This document shows, piece after piece, positions 55,105 to 64,000 of a DNA stretch of 64,000 nucleotides. How positions within the stretch are numbered: the stretch's first letter is position 1; every line of letters starts with the position of its first letter. A program made the translations under genes and the position numbers. Where the stretch lies: IMG/VR virus record IMGVR_UViG_3300042558_004148, positions 309,486-373,485 of that record; one strand, given 5' to 3'. The notes below the pieces were generated by a model that did not search any database, was not told where the DNA came from, and was given only the letters and a program-made list of their open reading frames with translations.

Positions 55105-55569
55105 ATGGACGAAAATGAAAACAATGAAGCCCCTAAGAAACAATTAGGTGATAAAATATTCGGAGCACATAACAATCCGACAAAAGATAATGATTATAAT
55201 GATAGTTTCGAACTGGATCAGACCCATAATATATTAAGTGAGTCTTATGATGAGGAGGATTATGTTTATAGAAAAAAATTAGAGGAACTTATATATCAGG
55301 CATTTCAGGATTCCAGATGGTTCCCACTTAGTTATAAGAAAAAAATACCAAAGGATTTGGTGCCTCATTTATTTCAGGAAGTTCTTGAAAAACTGGAGGA
55401 AACAGAATATACATTTTCCGAAAAATTTGTTTCTATATGTGACTATATACAAATTTCATATACCAAGGCGTATGAAATTGCACCTATAAAATACAAGGAG
55501 TTAATAATTAATGAATTGGAAGTTAAGTATAGTATTTTAACTAAAAGAAAAATAAGTAGACTTTTTTAA
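55105..55569 (+). CDS. hypothetical protein; C-terminal half weakly gp33-like
   Basis: FSEKFVSICDY...KYKELIINEL; similarity judged by eye only. Confidence 0.55.
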   Translation: MDENENNEAPKKQLGDKIFGAHNNPTKDNDYNDSFELDQTHNILSESYDEEDYVYRKKLEELIYQAFQDSRWFPLSYKKKIPKDLVPHLFQEVLEKLEETEYTFSEKFVSICDYIQISYTKAYEIAPIKYKELIINELEVKYSILTKRKISRLF

Positions 55570-55582
55570 ATTTGATAATAGA

Positions 55583-56698
55583 ATGGATAACCAAATAATT
55601 ACTAACGCTGAAGCCAAAAGAGTTTGGTTTATTACTGATACACATTTAGGAGTACGTAATAATTCGAATGAATGGATAGAACAGATTAGAGAATATTTTT
55701 TTGATTGGTTTTTCCCTTTAGTTAGAAATAATTATAAAGAAGGTGATGTTCTTGTACATCTTGGAGATTTTTTCGACTCAAGACAGAGTATAAATCTTAA
55801 AGTACTTAATTTAGGTATAGATGTTGCGGAGGAATTTTCTAAGATATTCCAGGATGGCGTATATTTTATAGTGGGCAATCATGATATATGGGGGAGAACA
55901 GCAAATGATGTAAATTCATTGAAGACCATAAAATGGATACCTGGTATAACCGTCTTCGAAGAACCTAGATCTGCAATTCTTAATGACAAGAAGTTTTTCT
56001 TTATGCCGTGGAGAAAGGATCACGAAGAGGAGATTGACACTCTAGAAAGCTCGCTACCACACGATGTTCTATGTTGCCATACTGATATCAGGGGTTTAAA
56101 GTTTAATCGCTATACGACTGTAGAAACAGGTGCTAGCACAGAAAAATTCAACAAATTTGGAAGAGTTTATTCGGGTCATATTCATTATGCGCAAAAACAG
56201 GATAATATAAATATGTTAGGATCTCCTTATGAGATAACGAGATCTGATATGGATAACCAAAAGTCCATAACTATGTTGGATCTTAATACAATGGAGGAGA
56301 CAGTTTTTGTTAATGATTTCTCTCCTAAATTCAAGAAAATATTTTTCTCACAGATCCTCGAATCCACAATAGATCAGCTTGAACCCATATTTAGAAATAA
56401 TTTTATAGATATTATGATCGATCCCATCATGTCTTTAAAAGCTCCTCTAAGTATTTTAACTGATACCATAACTTCACAGAGATCTTTAAAGTTTCATCCA
56501 TATGATCCTGATCAATCCAATAATCTATCGCAGCAGATGATTGATGCTGATGGCAGACAATTTAATGTTATGAGTTTTATAAAGGAATATGTTGGTGCTC
56601 TAGATAAGGATGACGAAACAAAGGAAAAATTGGTCAGTAGCATTAATAAATTACATCAACTAGTAATAACTCAGAATCAAGATCAAAAAATATCATGA
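55583..56698 (+). CDS. Mre11/SbcD-like nuclease (T4 gp47-like)
   Basis: ITDTHLG, HLGDFFD, GNHD, CHTD, SGHIH. Confidence 0.93.
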   Translation: MDNQIITNAEAKRVWFITDTHLGVRNNSNEWIEQIREYFFDWFFPLVRNNYKEGDVLVHLGDFFDSRQSINLKVLNLGIDVAEEFSKIFQDGVYFIVGNHDIWGRTANDVNSLKTIKWIPGITVFEEPRSAILNDKKFFFMPWRKDHEEEIDTLESSLPHDVLCCHTDIRGLKFNRYTTVETGASTEKFNKFGRVYSGHIHYAQKQDNINMLGSPYEITRSDMDNQKSITMLDLNTMEETVFVNDFSPKFKKIFFSQILESTIDQLEPIFRNNFIDIMIDPIMSLKAPLSILTDTITSQRSLKFHPYDPDQSNNLSQQMIDADGRQFNVMSFIKEYVGALDKDDETKEKLVSSINKLHQLVITQNQDQKIS

Positions 56699-58359
56699 AA
56701 ATAATTAAGATTGAATGGAAGAACTTTTCTTCGTACGGAAATAAAAAACAAATTCTCGAATTTCCTTCTGATTCTTCTTTGTTCCAGATAGTTGGTGAAA
56801 ATGGTGCGGGTAAGACAACAATCTCCCAAGTTATAGCATTTGGCCTATATGGAAAAGTAGAGGGTAAAAAATTAGGCGACATTCCGAATCGTATAAACGG
56901 TCACGCCTGGGTTAAAATTGAATTTGAAAATAACGGAAAGGTTGTTACGGTTGAACGTGGATTAGAACCATCAGTTTTTAATCTTTATATAAATGGTATC
57001 CTTTATGAGCAAGCAGGAAAAAATCCAGTGCAGGATTATTTAACTGATGATCTTATCGGTATACCGTACTATGTTTTTAATAATACCATATCTTTATCCA
57101 TCAACGATTTTAAATCTTTTATTAAAATGAGTGCTCAAGATAAGAGAGCCATAGTTGATAAAATATTTGGATTCCATATACTTAACCAGATGAGAGAGAT
57201 CTTAAAAGGTGAAGTAAAAAGAATAAAAGAGTCACTAGATATACTTGTTGGTAAAATTGAATCGACCAAGAAAAGCATCGACCATTCAAATAACGAGATG
57301 GAATCCTTATTAGCTGAGATAGAAAAGGAATCAACTGAAGAAATATCCAAGCTAAATGGTGCATTGGATAAATTTAAAACCCTCCAGATTGAACACTCTA
57401 AAGTGGTTGGAGATTTTAAAAAAAATGAGGATGAACTAACCGCATTGATATATGACTCGAATAGGAATCTAATAGAGACCAGAAGTAAATATCAGGATTT
57501 GGAAAGAAGATTGAAGCTTTATGATTCTGATAAATGTCCGACCTGTGAAAGCGATCTATCCGGAGAACATCACGAAGCATTAAAGGAATCTTTAAAAACG
57601 GAGAGTGAAATTAGATTTTCCGAATTGGGTGAATATGAGAACACATTGATTAGTCTTAAAAGAAGAGAATCAGAGAACAGAACACTTAAATCTGAACTTT
57701 CTGAGAAGAGTCAAAAAATTGATCTTAGAATAAAAGCAATACTTGCTGAGATCAAAAACATGGAGGATAAAAAAGACGGGAAGGAAATTAATTCATTGGA
57801 AAGGATAATCAATAAATTAGAATCCGATAAGAGTACACTTGAGGCTTCTAGCTTTACTACAATAGAAAAAAACAATTGGTTAAAGACAATAGATGATATA
57901 TTAAGCGAAAAGGGGGTTAAACAAATGGCAATAAAAACTATATTACCCTCATTAAACACCGAAATATCTGAATTGCTATTGGATCTTCAGCTCGAATATA
58001 GAGTTGTATTTGATGAGGAATTTAAAGCTATAATTTACCATATGGGAATAGAAATACCCCCGCAGACACTTAGTACTGGTGAAATGAAAAAAGTCGATTT
58101 TGTGGTACTTATTGCAGTAATGAAATTAATGAAGCTTAAATTTAGTTCTATTAATTTGCTGTTTCTGGATGAGCTTTTTAGCTCTGTTGATCCGGAGGGG
58201 GTTAATTCCATATTATCGATATTGAGAAAAAATTCCAGAGAAATGGGATTAAATATATTTGTAATAAACCATGCACCAATGCCCCATGAGATATTCGATT
58301 GGAAGCTAGAGGTTAAGAAAACTAATAATTTTTCATCCATACTTATAAATAAATTCTAG
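56695..58359 (+). CDS. Rad50/SbcC-like ATPase (T4 gp46-like)
   Basis: KNFSSYG, GENGAGKTT, CPTC hook, LSTGE, LFLDELFSSVD. Confidence 0.94.
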   Translation: MKIIKIEWKNFSSYGNKKQILEFPSDSSLFQIVGENGAGKTTISQVIAFGLYGKVEGKKLGDIPNRINGHAWVKIEFENNGKVVTVERGLEPSVFNLYINGILYEQAGKNPVQDYLTDDLIGIPYYVFNNTISLSINDFKSFIKMSAQDKRAIVDKIFGFHILNQMREILKGEVKRIKESLDILVGKIESTKKSIDHSNNEMESLLAEIEKESTEEISKLNGALDKFKTLQIEHSKVVGDFKKNEDELTALIYDSNRNLIETRSKYQDLERRLKLYDSDKCPTCESDLSGEHHEALKESLKTESEIRFSELGEYENTLISLKRRESENRTLKSELSEKSQKIDLRIKAILAEIKNMEDKKDGKEINSLERIINKLESDKSTLEASSFTTIEKNNWLKTIDDILSEKGVKQMAIKTILPSLNTEISELLLDLQLEYRVVFDEEFKAIIYHMGIEIPPQTLSTGEMKKVDFVVLIAVMKLMKLKFSSINLLFLDELFSSVDPEGVNSILSILRKNSREMGLNIFVINHAPMPHEIFDWKLEVKKTNNFSSILINKF

Positions 58360-58398
58360 ACTAATATTCTATATCGAATATATAGAATAAAAAAAGTT

Positions 58399-59328
58399 TT
58401 GAAAGAAGGAATTCCTAGAAAAGTAATAAGGGGAAGACAAACTATAGATGCTGATAAAATCAGAATAGCTCCTACACCTAGACAGGAGGTAAAGGATATA
58501 GTTAATTCTAAAGATAAGATACCGGAGCTTGTTAGTGTTCCATCAACATCATTTGTTCCTAGCACTAGCGGGGAGGGAATACTCGGAATAGGATTACTTA
58601 AGCCCAGACCACAGATAAGAGAAATATATCCAACCGATGTAGTTTCATCTGCTAATATTCCTATAATAAATAAACCTGTTACCTACTCATATTTTTTCAT
58701 TAAATATGATAATATGAATGTTCAATTAGGCATAGAGGGAAAATTATTAGCTTTTGCTGTTGTCATTACTCTAAGCCCAATGAGTGTTAAAACGTGTTCT
58801 GAGCTTTTGGGTATGTCCGACACTAAGATAACACCATTAACTAAGGATCAATATACTAACGATTCATTTTCACATCCAAAATATGTTAATGATTCAGGTA
58901 CACCACTTCAAATAAGATATTCTGAAATAACTATTCTTGTACAGGTCACCCCAGGAAGGCTGGACAACATACCAATTGGATATCCAGATTTTGATTCAAC
59001 ACCAGACGGGGTAACAAGCAGAAAAGGACCTATACCAACCCCACCATATACCGATTTTATAAGCTCCACTGGTGCAACATCCAGTGTTTCTATAATTCCT
59101 GGAGGTACTGTTGCATTTATAGATAACTCAGTTAGAAGCCCTTGGCAGTTTGCACCAACCGGATGGAATTGGCAATTTGGACCTAGCGCAAATCCAACGG
59201 GAAGTACCGCTCAGAATCCAATAGTTGCTTATGGTGCCACTGGAAATTATACTGTTACTTTAACAGCTTCTAATTCTGCAGGATCCACAGCAAAAACAAA
59301 AAATAACTTTGTGATAGTAACAAATTAA
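58399..59328 (+). CDS. structural protein with a C-terminal PKD domain
   Basis: VAFIDNS...WNWQFG...QNPIVAY...GNYTVTLTASN; TTG start; GAATATATA at 58376. Confidence 0.8.
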   Translation: MKEGIPRKVIRGRQTIDADKIRIAPTPRQEVKDIVNSKDKIPELVSVPSTSFVPSTSGEGILGIGLLKPRPQIREIYPTDVVSSANIPIINKPVTYSYFFIKYDNMNVQLGIEGKLLAFAVVITLSPMSVKTCSELLGMSDTKITPLTKDQYTNDSFSHPKYVNDSGTPLQIRYSEITILVQVTPGRLDNIPIGYPDFDSTPDGVTSRKGPIPTPPYTDFISSTGATSSVSIIPGGTVAFIDNSVRSPWQFAPTGWNWQFGPSANPTGSTAQNPIVAYGATGNYTVTLTASNSAGSTAKTKNNFVIVTN

Positions 59329-59330
59329 CT

Positions 59331-60077
59331 ATGTCAGGATTTTTAGAAAAATATAACACGGATGATGTATTTTTAAGAGGTGTAATTATGGGTCTGATAA
59401 GATCTTTTAATGATAAGCTAACTTATATACAAGTAAATGATAAACAGGAAGTTTTAGAGGTCTTTGTTCCTTTCTTTTATTCAATGACCGGTGATGAATC
59501 TTTTTTACAAGATTTCTTTATAGAATACAAGGAATGTCTAACGGATAAAACTATTGCCGAGGGTAACTATGATGTACTTCCTAGAGGTATAGTTACCATG
59601 CAATCATCTGAAATTAATACGGGAGGTCTAGGTAATAAATTTACCAGGATGACATACGCTAAAGAATCCCTTGAGGGCGAGATGAAAACATATTCATCAT
59701 ATACAAATTCTGTACCTCTTAATTTATCATTTAACGTTGCTATGAAGGTCGACACTATGCTCGATGCATTTAAGATATATCAATCAGTTATATCAACTTT
59801 TTATAAAACATACACATATAGTTTTGAGTATCAGGGATTCAGAATACCCGTTCAGGTTGGATTTCCGGAAAGTTATGAAATCAATAAGCAATTAGAATTT
59901 AGTTATGCCAGTAACGATTATATACAATTTAATTTTTCGGTTGCTATGGAGACATATTTTCCAGAGAAGGATTTATCAACTGAAAGATTTAGAGGTAATC
60001 TTATGCAAGCTGGTATAAAAATGAATGAGGTTATTAGTAAAAAATCTATAGATTCTGAAAATAGAGAGATTTTATAA
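59331..60077 (+). CDS. tail completion / sheath stabilizer protein (T4 gp15-like)
   Basis: VPFFYS...FL, LPRG, VPLNLSF...MKVD...DAFKI pattern. Confidence 0.65.
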   Translation: MSGFLEKYNTDDVFLRGVIMGLIRSFNDKLTYIQVNDKQEVLEVFVPFFYSMTGDESFLQDFFIEYKECLTDKTIAEGNYDVLPRGIVTMQSSEINTGGLGNKFTRMTYAKESLEGEMKTYSSYTNSVPLNLSFNVAMKVDTMLDAFKIYQSVISTFYKTYTYSFEYQGFRIPVQVGFPESYEINKQLEFSYASNDYIQFNFSVAMETYFPEKDLSTERFRGNLMQAGIKMNEVISKKSIDSENREIL

Positions 60078-60199
60078 ACTGCATTCAATACTTTTTTTGG
60101 AGTAAATATTAGTAATATTGAACATATCCGGAAAAGGATATAATATCAGGTAGATTAGTATTTTGGAAATGAATATATACACTAAAGAATTATTAAAAA

Positions 60200-60493
60200 G
60201 TGGCTTCCAATTACGATATAAATTTACTCCCATTAACATCTAGAATAATAGATGGTAGTAACAGCCAGACTGAAGATCAGCTTTATTTCGTTGGTACTGG
60301 TAAAAATTATGTTAAGAAATCAGATTCAGGTGCATCCATAGAGGTTAAAGCATCTGGTAATTTCTATAGCAACACTAACCCGGTGGGTGATTCATTTAGA
60401 GATATATTGGATGGTGGTGACTCAGGTGATAGTTCGCAATTTATTGCACCTATTGTCGGCGGTGTATTTCCTGCAAGAAAAAATGGAATATAA
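60200..60493 (+). CDS. small hypothetical protein
   Basis: GTG start; GAATATATA at 60171. Confidence 0.6.
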   Translation: MASNYDINLLPLTSRIIDGSNSQTEDQLYFVGTGKNYVKKSDSGASIEVKASGNFYSNTNPVGDSFRDILDGGDSGDSSQFIAPIVGGVFPARKNGI

Positions 60494-60507
60494 AAAAATA
60501 GAATAAA

Positions 60508-61296
60508 ATGGCATTTAGAATACAAATAAGAAGAGACGTAGCTCTTAAATGGTCTATAAACAATCCTATTTTATTGGATGGTGAAATTGGATACGAAACG
60601 GATACCACCTATATAAAAATAGGAGATGGAACAACATACTGGAATGACCTATCTTATTGGACAGGTGGAGTTACTGGTGCTGGTTTAATAGTTAAAAAAG
60701 GTGGTGCTACGATACTATCACCGACAAATACTATTAACTTCAGCGACGATTTTAATGTTAGTGTTACAACATCAACGGAAGCTACAGTATCTCTGGCTAA
60801 TGGAGCTGGAGGATCTAGTTCATTTAATATATTTGTTAATGGGGAAGGAGTTACCGGTGCTACTGGTTTAGATTTTAACGGATTTGGATTAACTGCTAGC
60901 GATAAGTTTGTTACTTTAACACCTTATTATACTCCATATTTTTCAGTTAGCCTTGAACTAAATGGATCTGACTTTAGCCAATTTACTAGTAGTAGAGGAC
61001 CTGATGGAGAGCCTTTAACTGGACCAAGTTGGAATTATAGCCTTACTAATTCAGGTAATAATATAACAATTACCCATAATGAGGGAACATCACCTATGAG
61101 TCTAGCTACACATGCTACCAATGCTTCTAATATATTTATTAAATCCCCGGTGGGTACTTCACCTGCACAGTTTACATTAGCTAGTAACCCAACCAAAAAT
61201 GCTTTCACCGTATATGGTGTAAATAGTTCAAATACCGGTGCAGCGAGTAGCTCGGGTACGGTAGATATCGTTTGGGCTTTTGGTTTGACCCTTTAA
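60508..61296 (+). CDS. Mtd_N-like domain fibre-associated protein
   Basis: RIQIRRDVALKWSINNPILLDGEIGYETDT...KIGDG. Confidence 0.85.
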   Translation: MAFRIQIRRDVALKWSINNPILLDGEIGYETDTTYIKIGDGTTYWNDLSYWTGGVTGAGLIVKKGGATILSPTNTINFSDDFNVSVTTSTEATVSLANGAGGSSSFNIFVNGEGVTGATGLDFNGFGLTASDKFVTLTPYYTPYFSVSLELNGSDFSQFTSSRGPDGEPLTGPSWNYSLTNSGNNITITHNEGTSPMSLATHATNASNIFIKSPVGTSPAQFTLASNPTKNAFTVYGVNSSNTGAASSSGTVDIVWAFGLTL

Positions 61297-61352
61297 TAAA
61301 TAATATATGGCTAATTTTTTTAGACCTTTAATAGACAATATAAAACTGATAA

Positions 61353-64000
61353 ATGGATTTTGATAGATCTTTAATATTACCACCTAAATTAATCACTGGA
61401 TATGCTATATCAGGAGGAGCTTCTGTTAACCAGACATATAGTGATGTAACCAGTCCTTATTATGGAACTGCATATAGATGGAATGTTAATCTAAGAGTAA
61501 ATATACAGCAGCATTCCAATCCAAATACTCCTACTCCATATGTTTACAGAGCAGCGGATTTATCTGCAGGAATGTGGATAGGTCAGATTAATGGATATAC
61601 ATATCAGATTATAGATATAGTTTCGGTTAGTGGCGATTCAAATTTAACTGTTATATTAGAAGATACGGATTTTCTAAATCTTATAACTTCACCAGATCAG
61701 ATAGGTACAAATGCTCCTTTAGAGGATTCACCTATAATTATATTCGACCTAGATGATAATGGTGATCCTATAATAAATCCTATACAGCTACAGAGTAGTA
61801 AACTTCCGGATTACACATACTGGCTCCATGACATACAGTCTAGATTTAAGTTTAGAAATTATTATCAGAAGTTTTTCTATATAAACCCAGGTGACAACAC
61901 TACTGGATTAACTGGTGGTGATCCTGTTTATCTTTCGACTGATTCAACTTTTGTTAAGGTTACGTCCACATCTCAATTAGAGGTTGATAAATTATTTGGG
62001 TATGTTTCAGGTGGTAATCTACCTTATCCCGGACATCTAACTGTAATGCCTTCTGGTAAGTACGTTAGTGATTTACCTAATCTTCCTGGTCCTACTGGTA
62101 GCGTTCTTTATCTTGATACTGTAAATGGCGTTAATAATTTAAGTAATACTGCACCTGCCACTGGTCCAGTTAAACCAGTTTATATAAAGATAAGTGATAA
62201 TAGTGCTATATTAATAAGTTCTGGTGGAGGATCTGGATCTGGCTCTGGTGATTTACCAATATATGGAACATCCGGTGAAATAATTAGCACAGGAGCTACA
62301 GGATTACAATTTTCTGGAGATGGCATAGATTCTATAACAAATATCGATAATTATGTCACTGTATCAATAAATGGTGGATCATCAGGAACTTCAGGTACTA
62401 ATGGAACCGATGGAACTTCAGGTACTAATGGAACCGATGGAACATCGGGTACTAGTGGTACTAATGGAACATCAGGTACTAGTGGTACTAATGGAACATC
62501 TGGAACCAATGGAACATCGGGAACCAATGGTACTAACGGAACTTCAGGAACCAATGGTACTAACGGAACTTCAGGAACCAATGGTACTAATGGATCTTCA
62601 GGAACCGATGGAACATCAGGTACTAACGGTACTAATGGAACTTCGGGTACTAACGGATCATCAGGAACCGATGGTACCAGTGGATTAAGTGGTGCGTCGG
62701 GTACCAGTGGAACTTCAGGTACTAATGGAACATCAGGTACTAACGGTACTAATGGATCTTCAGGAACCGATGGAACATCAGGTACTAATGGTACTAATGG
62801 AACATCAGGAACCGATGGTACTAACGGATCTTCAGGAACTGATGGAACATCAGGTACTAACGGATCTTCAGGAACTGATGGAACATCAGGTACTAATGGA
62901 ACATCAGGAACCGATGGTACTAACGGATCTTCAGGAACCAATGGTACTGATGGAACAAGTGGTACTGATGGAACAAGTGGATCTTCAGGAACCAATGGTA
63001 CTGATGGAACAAGTGGAACCGATGGAACAAGTGGAACCGATGGAACAAGTGGAACCGATGGAACATCAGGTACTGATGGAACAAGTGGAACCGATGGGAC
63101 TTCTGGTACCGATGGAACAAGTGGAACCTCAGGAACTGATGGAACATCTGGAACCTCAGGAACTGATGGAACCTCAGGAACTGATGGAACAAGTGGAACT
63201 GATGGAACAAGTGGAACTGATGGAACAAGTGGTACTGATGGAACAAGTGGTACTGATGGAACAAGTGGAACCGATGGGACTTCTGGTACCGATGGAACAA
63301 GTGGAACCTCAGGAACTGATGGAACATCTGGAACCTCAGGAACTGATGGAACCTCAGGAACTGATGGAACAAGTGGAACTGATGGAACAAGTGGAACTGA
63401 TGGAACAAGTGGTACTGATGGAACAAGTGGAACCGACGGAACTTCGGGAACAAGTGGTACTGACGGAACCTCTGGAACAAGCGGTACTGATGGAACTTCA
63501 GGTACTGATGGAACAAGTGGTACTGATGGAACAAGTGGTACTGATGGAACAAGTGGTACTGATGGAACTTCTGGAACAAGTGGTACCGATGGAACAAGCG
63601 GAACCGATGGAACAAGCGGAACCTCAGGCACTGACGGAACAAGCGGAACTTCAGGTACTGATGGAACTTCTGGAACAAGTGGTACTGATGGAACTTCAGG
63701 TACTGATGGAACTTCAGGTACTGATGGAACTTCAGGTACCGATGGAACAAGCGGAACAAGTGGTACCGATGGAACTTCTGGAACAAGTGGTACTGATGGA
63801 ACTTCTGGAACAAGTGGTACTGATGGAACTTCAGGTACCGATGGAACAAGCGGAACTTCAGGTACTGATGGAACTTCAGGTACTGATGGAACTTCAGGTA
63901 CCGATGGAACAAGCGGAACAAGTGGTACCGATGGAACTTCTGGAACAAGTGGTACTGATGGAACTTCTGGAACAAGTGGTACTGATGGAACTTCAGGTAC
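61353..64000 (+). CDS. large structural/fibre protein with a very long (GTS/GTD/GTN)n tract; runs off the window and is absent from the ORF track
   Basis: ATG at 61353 (MDFDRSLILPPKLITGY...); I traced the frame open into GGSSGTSGTNGTDG..., with no stop before 64000. Confidence 0.85.
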   Translation, partial: MDFDRSLILPPKLITGYAISGGASVNQTYSDVTSPYYGTAYRWNVNLRVNIQQHSNPNTPTPYVYRAADLSAGMWIGQINGYTYQIIDIVSVSGDSNLTVILEDTDFLNLITSPDQIGTNAPLEDSPIIIFDLDDNGDPIINPIQLQSSKLPDYTYWLHDIQSRFKFRNYYQKFFYINPGDNTTGLTGGDPVYLSTDSTFVKVTSTSQLEVDKLFGYVSGGNLPYPGHLTVMPSGKYVSDLPNLPGPTGSVLYLDTVNGVNNLSNTAPATGPVKPVYIKISDNSAILISSGGGSGSGSGDLPIYGTSGEIISTGATGLQFSGDGIDSITNIDNYVTVSINGGSSGTSGTNGTDGTSGTNGTDGTSGTSGTNGTSGTSGTNGTSGTNGTSGTNGTNGTSGTNGTNGTSGTNGTNGSSGTDGTSGTNGTNGTSGTNGSSGTDGTSGLSGASGTSGTSGTNGTSGTNGTNGSSGTDGTSGTNGTNGTSGTDGTNGSSGTDGTSGTNGSSGTDGTSGTNGTSGTDGTNGSSGTNGTDGTSGTDGTSGSSGTNGTDGTSGTDGTSGTDGTSGTDGTSGTDGTSGTDGTSGTDGTSGTSGTDGTSGTSGTDGTSGTDGTSGTDGTSGTDGTSGTDGTSGTDGTSGTDGTSGTDGTSGTSGTDGTSGTSGTDGTSGTDGTSGTDGTSGTDGTSGTDGTSGTDGTSGTSGTDGTSGTSGTDGTSGTDGTSGTDGTSGTDGTSGTDGTSGTSGTDGTSGTDGTSGTSGTDGTSGTSGTDGTSGTSGTDGTSGTDGTSGTDGTSGTDGTSGTSGTDGTSGTSGTDGTSGTSGTDGTSGTDGTSGTSGTDGTSGTDGTSGTDGTSGTSGTDGTSGTSGTDGTSGTSGTDGTSG
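62370..64000 (+). repeat. 9-nt-period Gly-Thr-X coding repeat, including a ~180-nt tandem duplication (about 63068-63427)
   Basis: Lines starting 63121 and 63301 are identical; a 162-nt-offset duplication near 63731/63893. Confidence 0.9.

Noticed and set aside
62351-63975. Antisense and alternative ORFs VPEVPLVP..., MEL/MEP... and FHQYH...
   Set aside because: Shadows of the GTX repeat; the real gene is the + frame from 61353, missed by the track because it has no stop in the window

Overview
AT-rich segment of a large T4-like (myovirus) phage genome, almost certainly infecting Bacteroidota. The host call rests on TAnnTTTG promoters, a Bacteroidota-type sigma70 and a protein with a T9SS C-terminal sorting domain. 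No suppressor tRNA is present and ORFs are intact in the standard code. Left to right: (1) small putative head-packaged proteins with T4 internal-protein-like N-termini, and a phage sigma70; (2) about 16 kb of tRNA region (9.2-25.6 kb) with 32 canonical tRNAs, at least 8 tRNA-like RNAs whose anticodon, variable or D regions are replaced or expanded, several unexplained structured spacers, two free-standing endonucleases, and two leader-peptide/terminator units that look like attenuators; (3) an 8-gene exported-protein module (cohesin/dockerin protein with T9SS CTD, two CsgG-like proteins, a barrel-like protein, a C-type lectin/LamG/dockerin protein, three small membrane proteins); (4) Mtd_N-like fibre proteins with collagen or GTS repeats; (5) ClpC lacking its N-domain; (6) a 12-gene glycosylation island (GT7, GT11, GT2, glf, fcl, gmd, FkbM-like); (7) UvsX/RecA, gp41-like helicase and gp47/gp46; (8) a gp15-like tail protein and a long GTS-repeat fibre gene running off the end. 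Two promoter classes recur: T-tract-YCG-N11-TAnnTTTG (10 copies, constant spacing) and a late-type RATATATA. All family calls are by motif recognition; no database search was run.
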